Shown here piece after piece: positions 14,933 through 22,194 of a DNA stretch of 27,049 bases; within the stretch, counting starts at the first letter, position 1; every line of letters starts with the position of its first letter. The notes below the pieces were generated by a model that saw only the letters and a program-made list of their open reading frames with translations, made no database searches and was not told the DNA's origin. This stretch comes from a virus (Duplodnaviria; Caudoviricetes). The DNA lies in IMG/VR virus record IMGVR_UViG_3300011423_000027, positions 1-27,049 of that record. One strand, 5' to 3'. Made by a program: the position numbers and the translations under genes.

Positions 14933-15343
14933 TTAGTTCAGGTCCTGTTCCTTCTTGAGCTTCTCCAGGCGGGCCTTCTCCTCGAGCTGCTTTTTCCTCA
15001 CCTCTGGATCCACGCGCGCATGCGACTCCTCGATCATCTCGCGGAGCTCCTCGAGATCAGTGCGATCCGATTCGGTCTGGGTCATTTCCTTGTAGAGCCT
15101 TTTCAGGTTGGGCTTCGCCTCGCGGTACCCTTTGATGAGTCCACAGGCGATGCGGGCCTTGATTGCGAGCTCGAGCTTCATGCGCTCCTTGAACCCGTCG
15201 AGCATCACGTCGAGCTCTTTGGGGAGAGAGCGCCAGAACTCGGCCGGTTTCAGTCCAAGGTAGGCGAAGGCGTACCGCTGAATGGCGTCCCAGTCCCAGC
15301 AATCGCCGCCTCTTTCTCCATCTCCTCCCTGAGCTGCTGAGCC
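14933..15343 (-). CDS. Frameshifted C-terminal part of the tail assembly chaperone (G-T fusion, about 254 aa in total)
   Basis: The -1 frame is open from the slippery site: GSAAQGGDGERGGDCWDWDAIQRYAFAYLGLKPAEFWRSLPKELDVMLDGFKER...; LGLxPxEFW is typical of T segments. Confidence 0.82.
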   Translation of the reverse strand, partial: GSAAQGGDGERGGDCWDWDAIQRYAFAYLGLKPAEFWRSLPKELDVMLDGFKERMKLELAIKARIACGLIKGYREAKPNLKRLYKEMTQTESDRTDLEELREMIEESHARVDPEVRKKQLEEKARLEKLKKEQDLN

Positions 15344-15696
15344 TTTTTTTTTGCCTCCGAACCGCAGGAGGCAAGGTAAGCCTCGCCGAACTTCTCCACG
15401 ATGTAGTTGAACTTCTCCCCAAAGCCATCACCTGGTGCGAGGTCCATGAGATCCCCAACCTTCGCGATCGAAAGCCCCGGATCCTCATGGATTAACCCTG
15501 CCCAGAGGAGAAGCCTGACGTTCTTCACGCCGATCGTCTGGATCAATAAATGGCCTGGTACTCCCTGGTACTTCCCGAAGAACTTGAAGAGCGTTTCTCC
15601 CGCCGCGGTCTCGAACTCCGAGTACGCATTCATGTCGTAGCGGAGCATGCGCTCCCGATCGAGCATGATGGGAATATCACCCGTGGCCTTTCCCAT
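15250..15696 (-). CDS. Tail assembly chaperone (G protein)
   Basis: LDRERMLRYDMNAYSEFE...VRLLLWAGLIHED motif; lies between tail tube and tape measure. Confidence 0.88.
   Translation of the reverse strand: MGKATGDIPIMLDRERMLRYDMNAYSEFETAAGETLFKFFGKYQGVPGHLLIQTIGVKNVRLLLWAGLIHEDPGLSIAKVGDLMDLAPGDGFGEKFNYIVEKFGEAYLASCGSEAKKKAQQLREEMEKEAAIAGTGTPFSGTPSPTLD
15343..15352 (-). other. -1 programmed ribosomal frameshift site (GCA AAA AAA AAG; heptamer A AAA AAG)
   Basis: A9 run in a GC-rich genome, in frame with the chaperone, with the -1 frame open to 14933. Confidence 0.85.
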
Positions 15697-15699
15697 GGG

Positions 15700-16125
15700 T
15701 TACACCAGGCTCGTAACGAGCGGCCCGGAGCCTTGGAGCTCGAGCGTGTAGCTCACGAGATCCGAATCCGGGAAGTCGTAGGACATGTCGGTGATCGTCA
15801 CCTTCCCTTCCTTCTTCTCGCCTCCGATCGCAGAGGCGTCGATCTGCGCGAAGGGCTGGGACTTCGCTTCCCAGCGTCCGAGCAGATAGCTCCAGGCGCT
15901 GTCCGCGGGGTTCATCGCCCCGTCGCAGGACATGCTCCACGGGGTGCCCGTGATGACAAATGACGGCCAGCCGTTGTCATCTTTGTGCTTGGCATCAACG
16001 GTATCGCTCGTTCTCCCGAACGAGCCGCCGCGCTGTTGCCCGATCGTAATCCAGGTCGCACTTGCGCCCCCCACGCCTGCCGTGTCGATCTTGAGCTTGA
16101 CTTGCCTTCCGGCGTATACCGCCAT
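15700..16125 (-). CDS. Major tail (tube) protein, TP901-1-like family
   Basis: AGRQVKLKI, IGQQRGGSF, DTVDAKHKDDNGW, WSMSCDG, VSYTLELQGSGPL motifs. Confidence 0.92.
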   Translation of the reverse strand: MAVYAGRQVKLKIDTAGVGGASATWITIGQQRGGSFGRTSDTVDAKHKDDNGWPSFVITGTPWSMSCDGAMNPADSAWSYLLGRWEAKSQPFAQIDASAIGGEKKEGKVTITDMSYDFPDSDLVSYTLELQGSGPLVTSLV

Positions 16126-16143
16126 GCGAGTAACTCCGCGCGA

Positions 16144-16174
16144 CGGGTTCTGGCTCTAACCAAGCTCTGACCCA
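16144..16174 (-). promoter_or_regulatory. 31-nt repeated structured element, copy 1 (18 nt upstream of the tail tube ATG)
   Basis: mRNA sense UGGGU-CAGA-GCUU-GGUUA-GAGC-CAGA-ACCCG; 28/31 identical to 21825-21855. Confidence 0.8.
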
Positions 16175-16193
16175 GGATCTTCTGTTGTGTTAC

Positions 16194-16742
16194 TTAGCCG
16201 CGGAGCGCCGCTACGGCGTTCCCGATCTTCTTCGCCTCTGCGGCGACCTCGCGTTCCTTCTGCCGGATCGCGGCATCGAGGATCCGGCCGGCGTTTGCGA
16301 GCGCGGCCTCCTGGACTTTCGGGTCGTCGCCGACACCGGTCGCCGGCTTCTTGTACGAAGTGGTATCTGCGCCCGCGGGCTTCTCATCCTCATCGCAGCA
16401 CACCGCCCACTCGATCTCCGGGCCCTTGAGGGCCTCGCGATCGGCCTTGAGCTTCTTCAGGTTCTCCTTGCGGCGGTTGAGCGTCCCATCGCTCGCGAGC
16501 GACTCCGGCGTGTCGCCCGCAGCCAGCGCCGCCGCCTCGGCATCCTTGATCGCCTGCTCGACGGCCACGATCTGGCTATCGAGCGCAGCCGCCGCCGATG
16601 GGTCCGTGACCGTCCCATGCACCTTCACGGGCTCCTTGAGCTTGAGGGACTGGATGCGGCGGTCGACTTCGGCGAGCACCGAAGCTACCGTGGGGGCCGC
16701 AATGAGCGGCTGCGCCTTCGCGTCAAATTCCGAGAACTTCAT
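16194..16742 (-). CDS. Hypothetical Ala/Lys-rich coiled-coil protein (182 aa)
   Basis: AAAGGA SD; GC-rich codon usage like neighbouring genes; within the structural operon. Confidence 0.75.
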   Translation of the reverse strand: MKFSEFDAKAQPLIAAPTVASVLAEVDRRIQSLKLKEPVKVHGTVTDPSAAAALDSQIVAVEQAIKDAEAAALAAGDTPESLASDGTLNRRKENLKKLKADREALKGPEIEWAVCCDEDEKPAGADTTSYKKPATGVGDDPKVQEAALANAGRILDAAIRQKEREVAAEAKKIGNAVAALRG

Positions 16743-16763
16743 TGCTGTGTCCTTTCGTTTCGT

Positions 16764-17108
16764 TTACGAGCGGCCGGTTTCCGACATCTGGATTACGGCG
16801 ACGGTTACCCCCGTCACGGCCGTGTACGTGATGGCACAAGAGCCGTTGACATCGTTGAACTCCTGCGGGATGAACGTGCCGAACATCACATCCCCAGTAG
16901 TGGCCGGAACGACCTTCGCCACCGAGTGGAGGAATCCGTCAGAGCACTTGACGAGCTGTGTGACTGTGGCCGTGATCTGGGCGCCCGTGTTCTTGATATG
17001 GAGCATCGTCCGCCCGTCGTTCAGGAACGTGTCGCCTCCGGCAGCCGCCGCGGCGTACGTCGGAGCCATCCCCGCCTGAGTTACTCTCTGAGGTGTCAGA
17101 GCCGCCAT
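16764..17108 (-). CDS. Small beta-rich virion structural protein (114 aa)
   Basis: AAGGAG SD; GDTFLNDGRTMLHIKN...TVAVI pattern seen in phage structural genes. Confidence 0.78.
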   Translation of the reverse strand: MAALTPQRVTQAGMAPTYAAAAAGGDTFLNDGRTMLHIKNTGAQITATVTQLVKCSDGFLHSVAKVVPATTGDVMFGTFIPQEFNDVNGSCAITYTAVTGVTVAVIQMSETGRS

Positions 17109-17120
17109 TGAGCTATCTCC

Positions 17121-17540
17121 TTATGAAATGACCGTATCGAGTATTTCCCATCGGTACCGCACGACTCCATGCTGGACGATTCCCTCCACCTCGTGCTCCT
17201 CGGGGGAGTTGTCTGCGAACTCCCAGAATCCCATCGTCGTCTCCTCGAAGTTGTCCGTCAGCGCGAGCGGAGCACGGGAAAGCGAGGCGACGATACGATT
17301 CATCATCTCGTTTACCTCCTTCTTCCCGATACCCACGGAGAAGGCGTGGAATGTGAGCGTCGCCGCGGTGAGGTGGTGGCCCTTGAGGGGCGAAGGGGCG
17401 AAGCTCGGGACGCCGATCGTGACGTACGGGAACGCAGTTCCCTCCGGGACGGCTCCGTCGTCGTAGACCCCCAGCGGGGCCATGTCTGCGCTCAAGCGCT
17501 CGTAGACGGCGAGCTGGAGGGCGTTGAGCGGGAACCTCAT
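17121..17540 (-). CDS. Tail terminator / tail completion protein (DUF3168-like)
   Basis: LQLAVYERL, VYDDGAVP...FPYVTIG, QHGVVRYR motifs. Confidence 0.9.
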   Translation of the reverse strand: MRFPLNALQLAVYERLSADMAPLGVYDDGAVPEGTAFPYVTIGVPSFAPSPLKGHHLTAATLTFHAFSVGIGKKEVNEMMNRIVASLSRAPLALTDNFEETTMGFWEFADNSPEEHEVEGIVQHGVVRYRWEILDTVIS

Positions 17541-18094
17541 ATCGCAACCTTCCGCGCCGCGCCCTGAACCGCCTTCACCACGCGGTTATAGAGGCGGGGG
17601 CGCTCTCCCTCGAACGCTGGGAAGAGGAATGGGCGCGCCGGGTTGCCACCCCGCTTCGCGATCGCCACGGCGACAGCCCAAGGGTCGAGCTTGTGGCGAC
17701 GAGCCCACCCGGCGAGCGCAGCCGTAGGCGGTACTTGGTGCGAAGTTCCGTAGCTGTAGCCCGGCGGGAGCGGCTGACGGTTCGTCTTCTTCCCCATCTT
17801 CGCCGTGCCGAACTCCACAAACTTCGCGTACTTGACATCCGTACCAACGCTGGCCGCGACGAGCGGGAATGTTCCCTTGTTGAAGACCAAGCGGATACTC
17901 GAGCGCAAGCGGCCTGTATCCACCGGCACGCGGAGCTTCGCGGCGCGGTCGATCGCCAGAGCGCTCGAGTTGATGGCCCGGCCAATATCGTCGAATACCT
18001 GGCGCGTAAGCCTCTTCAACTGGGCAATCACCTGCCTTTGCCCGTTCAGCTCGAATGTAACCGCGATCCCTGGGTTGCGCAGACGGACGGCCAT
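17537..18094 (-). CDS. HK97 gp10-like tail component
   Basis: AKLRVPVDTGRLRSSI, YAKFVEFGT, ARPFLFPAF motifs; ATG 18094 in a TGATG overlap. Confidence 0.92.
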   Translation of the reverse strand: MAVRLRNPGIAVTFELNGQRQVIAQLKRLTRQVFDDIGRAINSSALAIDRAAKLRVPVDTGRLRSSIRLVFNKGTFPLVAASVGTDVKYAKFVEFGTAKMGKKTNRQPLPPGYSYGTSHQVPPTAALAGWARRHKLDPWAVAVAIAKRGGNPARPFLFPAFEGERPRLYNRVVKAVQGAARKVAI

Positions 18095-18414
18095 CAGCTT
18101 TGCCTCTCCGAGCACATGAGCATGAGCTCCTCCCCGCGTTCCTGCCGGTCACGGACACCGATGATGCTCAGGTACCGCGAGCCGAACTTGATGCGGCATG
18201 GAAGCTTGATCTCTGTCGAGTACCGCATACGCACGGCGTGCGTAACTCCTGGGTAGTTCTGCCCTGCGTAGAAGCCCTCGTGAGAGTCGATGGGCCGGAT
18301 GTCCGCCCAGGTCGTCAGCGCCTTTGTCCACGTTCGCGTCTGGCCCCCCTGGCCGTCAGGGACGTCGCTCAGCTTCTCCACATCCACCTTGTGGCGTAGG
18401 CGTCCGGCTTCCAT
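18094..18414 (-). CDS. Head closure / head-tail adaptor (SPP1 gp16-like)
   Basis: AGRLRHKV, DGQGG, TWADIRP, THAVRMRY motifs. Confidence 0.92.
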   Translation of the reverse strand: MEAGRLRHKVDVEKLSDVPDGQGGQTRTWTKALTTWADIRPIDSHEGFYAGQNYPGVTHAVRMRYSTEIKLPCRIKFGSRYLSIIGVRDRQERGEELMLMCSERQS

Positions 18415-19004
18415 CAGACCGACACCACCTTGTAGGGAAAGAGAAGGTCCCTGACCCCAAAGGGGATTTCCTTGAGCCCAGATTCACCGGCCACGCTCCG
18501 AGAAGTCGCCTCGCGATTCTCGTAGAGGTGCGCCGCGAGGAGCTTGATTGCGTGGAGGATCGGCCTCGGTACCGCGGAGGCAATCGCCCCGTACCCGGCC
18601 GTGTACGTCCAGACCATGGCGCGGTACGGACGCAAACTCGTCGGGAAGTCCACGCCCTGCTTGAGCCAGACACGCCCCCCCGGGCCGTCGACCACGTAGC
18701 TCGAGGAGCTGAACGCGGAAGACGTCTCGTCCTCAGCGAAGGAGAGCGCGGTGTCGACCGAGATGATAGGCGGCATGGGAAGCTCGAAGACCGTGCAGAG
18801 CGGGGTATCGAACGCCACCTCCCATTGCTGGGAGATGAGCGCCCGGCCCAGGAAATGCTCCACCAGGCCGCGAGCCCCACGGAGTGCTTCCGTCAGGCCG
18901 AGGAAGTCCTCCGCCACCCGGCAATGCTCCTTCAGCTCCGCGAGCGTCAGAGGCTCCACGGCGGGCTGCGTGAGGATCCGGGCTGTGTAGATTCCTGCAG
19001 TCAT
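18414..19004 (-). CDS. Head-tail connector (HK97 gp6 / phiE125 gp8-like)
   Basis: PAVEPLTLAELKEHCRV, GRALISQQW, YTAGYG, AIKLLAAHLYENRE motifs. Confidence 0.92.
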   Translation of the reverse strand: MTAGIYTARILTQPAVEPLTLAELKEHCRVAEDFLGLTEALRGARGLVEHFLGRALISQQWEVAFDTPLCTVFELPMPPIISVDTALSFAEDETSSAFSSSSYVVDGPGGRVWLKQGVDFPTSLRPYRAMVWTYTAGYGAIASAVPRPILHAIKLLAAHLYENREATSRSVAGESGLKEIPFGVRDLLFPYKVVSV

Positions 19005-19009
19005 GGTTG

Positions 19010-19051
19010 AAAAGGTCCAGGGCGGGCCCAACCACCAGGCAAGGCCCGCCC
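19010..19051 (-). terminator. Possible terminator/attenuator after the capsid genes
   Basis: 9-bp GC stem gggcgggcc (19020-19028) / ggcccgccc (19043-19051), followed on the minus strand by TGGACC and a short TTTT. Confidence 0.5.
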
Positions 19052-19070
19052 CAGTCCACAGGGGAGGCAG

Positions 19071-19478
19071 TTACGCGAGCTGAGTCACCGGAGCATGACG
19101 AGCGTGTCCGAGGATGACGTTGGCGCCGAACGTGGCACCCGTCGTCGCCCCAGACTGGATCGTCACGGCCCGGATCCACTTCTGCTTCCCGATGTAGCCG
19201 AGCGTCTCCACGGTGGAGTCCTCGGTCGTCGCGAGCGTGGCGAGGGCCACACCGTTGATGCAGTCCGCGGCAGCTACCGCCGTCCACGCGGAGTTGTCGG
19301 GGGAGTCCTCCATGGAGCAGGCAACGGATCCGTCCGTCGAGAGCCCCTGGGTGAACTCCATGAGCGCACCCTCGTAGCCGGTCAGATCGACGCCGGAACC
19401 GTTCACCGTGGCGTTGGCGTTTCGGATGAGAGGCGCCACGCTGACCTTGATGGCCAGGTTGTTTTTCAAATCGAGCAT
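19071..19478 (-). CDS. Capsid-associated (decoration-like) protein (135 aa)
   Basis: Directly after the capsid gene; NGSGVDLTGYEG...LGYIGKQKWIR...VILGHARHAP conserved pattern; AAAGGA SD. Confidence 0.8.
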   Translation of the reverse strand: MLDLKNNLAIKVSVAPLIRNANATVNGSGVDLTGYEGALMEFTQGLSTDGSVACSMEDSPDNSAWTAVAAADCINGVALATLATTEDSTVETLGYIGKQKWIRAVTIQSGATTGATFGANVILGHARHAPVTQLA

Positions 19479-19499
19479 TTGTGTTGTGTCCTTTCTTGG

Positions 19500-20744
19500 T
19501 TACGCGCCAGCGACGACCTTGACGAGCGCCTCGCCGAGGACGACTTGCCCACCGACGCGACGCCTGGCGATGAACCGAACCATGCCGCGCGTGCCCTGCG
19601 TGAACGGGTCACGCAAGACTGACGTCCCGATCCGATCCGAGACCACGTACCCGCGGCGGAAGTCCCCGCAGAGCGCGAGCGTGTTCCCCTGCGTGCCCTG
19701 CAGCTCGAGATCCGGGCTCTCGTAGTACGGTGCACCGAGAAGCGTCGGCGGCTTGTCGGCCGCAAGCCCAGGCTGCCAGAGGTAGTCACCGCTCGTCGCC
19801 ACGAACTTCCGGATGACGCCGATCGTCCCGCGGCGGATGAGCCACGAGGCAGCACGCGCGTACCCGTCCTTGATCTTGTAGTAGGCGTCGATCAGGTCAT
19901 TCGCCGTCAGGGTCGACGTGGTGCCCGTAGCCGTGTGGATTATGACCTGGTTGATGGATGTCGGAGAAGCCGACGCCGGAGCCGTCATGATCCCCTCGGG
20001 CTTCTGTATGCCGTTCCCCTTCAGGAAGGCCAGGCCCTCGGCAACGGCGAACTGCTCAGAGAACTCTTCTTGCAGCTCCTGCTCCAGGTTGAATGCCGAG
20101 TCCTCGAGGTCGCGCTGCGAGATATCCACCAGCGCATACAGCTCGTGGTTCGGGATCTCCTCGATGCCGTACACCAATCCCGTCGTCTCCGCGCGCGTGC
20201 CCTGCTCCTGAATCCAGAGCGCAGCGAACGTGCCTGCGCGCTTCGGGTGGCGGGATTTGTCAGTTGTCGTCGGCCGCACACGCGCAAGTTGCCGAACCGG
20301 GTTCGCCTCGACGATGGCCTTGATGATCGCCCGCTCGAGGTCCTCCGGGATCAGATAGCCGCCAGTCGTGTCCTGGCTCGCGATCAGGGCCTTCTGCTCC
20401 GTCGCACCGGCCTTGAGCGTGTCGAGATCCTCGCTATTGAGGTATTGCTCACCCTTGATCGCGTACTTCATGAACGCGCTCTTGTGCTTGATCTCGCGCT
20501 CCGAGGGCCCGCCCTCGACCGAGGTAGGCATTTCGGAGATCTTCGACTCGAGCGCCGCGAGCTTCTGCTTCTGCAGCTTCTCCTTCTTCTCGAGATCGGC
20601 GGAAATCTTCTGGAGCTTCTCCTCGAGCTGGGCCGAGGACACTCCCTTCTCTTTGATTTCCTTTAGCTGGTCCTGATGAACCTGCTTGAATTGCTCGAAA
20701 CCCGTTTTGAGCTGTTCCGAGATCTCCTTGAGGTCGGTTTCCAT
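19500..20744 (-). CDS. Major capsid protein, HK97 fold with N-terminal coiled-coil delta domain
   Basis: GGYLIPED, ISQRDLEDSAFNLE, AFLKGNGIQKPEGI, YLWQPGL, LLGAPY, GDFRRGY, RRVGG motifs. Confidence 0.97.
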   Translation of the reverse strand: METDLKEISEQLKTGFEQFKQVHQDQLKEIKEKGVSSAQLEEKLQKISADLEKKEKLQKQKLAALESKISEMPTSVEGGPSEREIKHKSAFMKYAIKGEQYLNSEDLDTLKAGATEQKALIASQDTTGGYLIPEDLERAIIKAIVEANPVRQLARVRPTTTDKSRHPKRAGTFAALWIQEQGTRAETTGLVYGIEEIPNHELYALVDISQRDLEDSAFNLEQELQEEFSEQFAVAEGLAFLKGNGIQKPEGIMTAPASASPTSINQVIIHTATGTTSTLTANDLIDAYYKIKDGYARAASWLIRRGTIGVIRKFVATSGDYLWQPGLAADKPPTLLGAPYYESPDLELQGTQGNTLALCGDFRRGYVVSDRIGTSVLRDPFTQGTRGMVRFIARRRVGGQVVLGEALVKVVAGA

Positions 20745-20762
20745 CGCTTGCCTTTCTGGGGG

Positions 20763-21803
20763 TTATTCAATGCGCATTGCATCGAGTATTTCCTCCACAG
20801 CGGCAGCGGGTTTTGACTCTGGAAATAGCCAGTCGAAGGGCCGCTCGGGGCGCGAGTTCTCCTGGGTTCCCAAGGCTGTCAAAAGGGCCTTCTGTGATTC
20901 CTTATCTGCGTACGGGTAGAGCCGCGCGGCCATTGCAAGCAAAGCCTCGAGGCTTTCTGGCGCTTGCCAAGGAGCGGGCTTCTCCATACGCAGGTGATAT
21001 TTTTCGAGATGCTGACAGATTGCCGGGAGATCCTTCTGCGCGAAGGCGCCCGACTTCGTGAACACCTGGGCCGTAACCTCATCCACAGCACGGGGGTCCA
21101 CCCGTAGCTCGTCGCCGAAGACATCGGCTATCAAGAGCTTCGGGCCCTGGCCCCGCGGCCGGTAGAGGTAGGCCGATTCCATACGGCTCTTCCGCTCCTC
21201 CTCGCTCGAAGCGGATTCCGCCCATGCGAGGACGCGGCTCGCCGCTTCCATCGAGTCCCAAGGACGATCGGTCTCAGCCGCGAGCGGGAGATTGCGGTAG
21301 CTCGAGACCGCCTTGATGCTCGTGACCGTGGCGTGAGGGTTTGCCGCGAACGTGACGAGCGAAACCTCGTGGAGCCGGAGCTCCTTAAGGTGCCGCGCGC
21401 CCGTTGACTTCTCCCACGAGTCCTGAATCGTGCGGAAGCCGATCGACATGCCCCGTATCACGCCGTCCTTCATGAGCGCGTAGGCGTCCTTGGCGCGCGT
21501 GACGCCCATGGATAAGCGCCCCTTGACGTGGAGCCCCTTCAGGTCTTCCGAGGCCTCCACCTCGCCGATGACCTCGTCCTTCTTGTGCTGCCAAAGAAGG
21601 GGGAAACGGCCCTTGTTGTGGTCGAGCGTGCGCTTGAACGCGCCAGCCTCCACGATCTCGTTTTCGAGATCCTTCTTGCCGAAGACGGAGGCATATCCGG
21701 CGAAGGTGCCGGAGTCGCTCAGCTCCTTCAGCGCAAGGTCGGGCCGATCGTCGCTCGGGTAAGTCCCGAAGTCCTTGGTGTCAGGACCGTCTGAGATCTC
21801 CAT
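20763..21803 (-). CDS. HK97-family prohead protease with a long C-terminal extension
   Basis: GTFAGYASVFG, LLWQH, GMSIGF, LHEVSLVTFAANPHA; about 180 extra residues follow. Confidence 0.95.
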   Translation of the reverse strand: MEISDGPDTKDFGTYPSDDRPDLALKELSDSGTFAGYASVFGKKDLENEIVEAGAFKRTLDHNKGRFPLLWQHKKDEVIGEVEASEDLKGLHVKGRLSMGVTRAKDAYALMKDGVIRGMSIGFRTIQDSWEKSTGARHLKELRLHEVSLVTFAANPHATVTSIKAVSSYRNLPLAAETDRPWDSMEAASRVLAWAESASSEEERKSRMESAYLYRPRGQGPKLLIADVFGDELRVDPRAVDEVTAQVFTKSGAFAQKDLPAICQHLEKYHLRMEKPAPWQAPESLEALLAMAARLYPYADKESQKALLTALGTQENSRPERPFDWLFPESKPAAAVEEILDAMRIE

Positions 21804-22194
21804 GGGCCAGGTCCGGTGAGTTCCCGGGTTCTGGCTTTGAACAAGCTCTGACCCATGCTGCTTCCTTCATAGTAAACCCGTCGGCACGCCCTTCGGCAAG
21901 GCCATGGCGCCCGGCAAACGAGATTTTCCACAGGGTTCTGCACTTGCTCGCCCTGCCGCGCTCCTTCACCGAGCCCCGGCATGGGAGCGTAACGCAACGC
22001 CTGCCGATCCAGTCCTCGCTCGATTGGTAGAGCGGGCGCTTGCAATAGTGGCAATCGGTTTCATTCGGCGAGAGAGTCACGATCCTCTGGCAGTCGCTGT
22101 TACGGCACTTAATCTCAAGGAGCGGCCCCTCCATAAGATAGAGGAGGAGCCGCCCGCAGTTGAGACACCTACACTCCGTTTTCTCTTCACTCAT
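21781..22194 (-). CDS. Mu Com-like zinc-ribbon protein with two tandem ribbons (137 aa)
   Basis: ATGA overlap with the portal stop; CRCLNCGRLL...LEIKCRNSDC and CHYCKRPL...TLPCRG...SKCRT. Confidence 0.78.
   Translation of the reverse strand: MSEEKTECRCLNCGRLLLYLMEGPLLEIKCRNSDCQRIVTLSPNETDCHYCKRPLYQSSEDWIGRRCVTLPCRGSVKERGRASKCRTLWKISFAGRHGLAEGRADGFTMKEAAWVRACSKPEPGNSPDLAHGDLRRS
21825..21855 (-). promoter_or_regulatory. 31-nt repeated structured element, copy 2 (21 nt upstream of the prohead protease ATG)
   Basis: mRNA sense UGGGU-CAGA-GCUU-GUUCA-AAGC-CAGA-ACCCG; 28/31 identical to 16144-16174. Confidence 0.8.

Noticed and set aside
15057-15488. 143-aa ORF overlapping the tail chaperone as the frameshift product
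   Set aside because: It is in the +1 frame and Arg-rich; the -1 frame carries the expected LGLxPxEFW motif
16185-17111. Plus-strand ORFs of 308 and 242 aa (also 11093-11851 and 5650-6366)
   Set aside because: Antisense shadows of well-supported minus-strand genes
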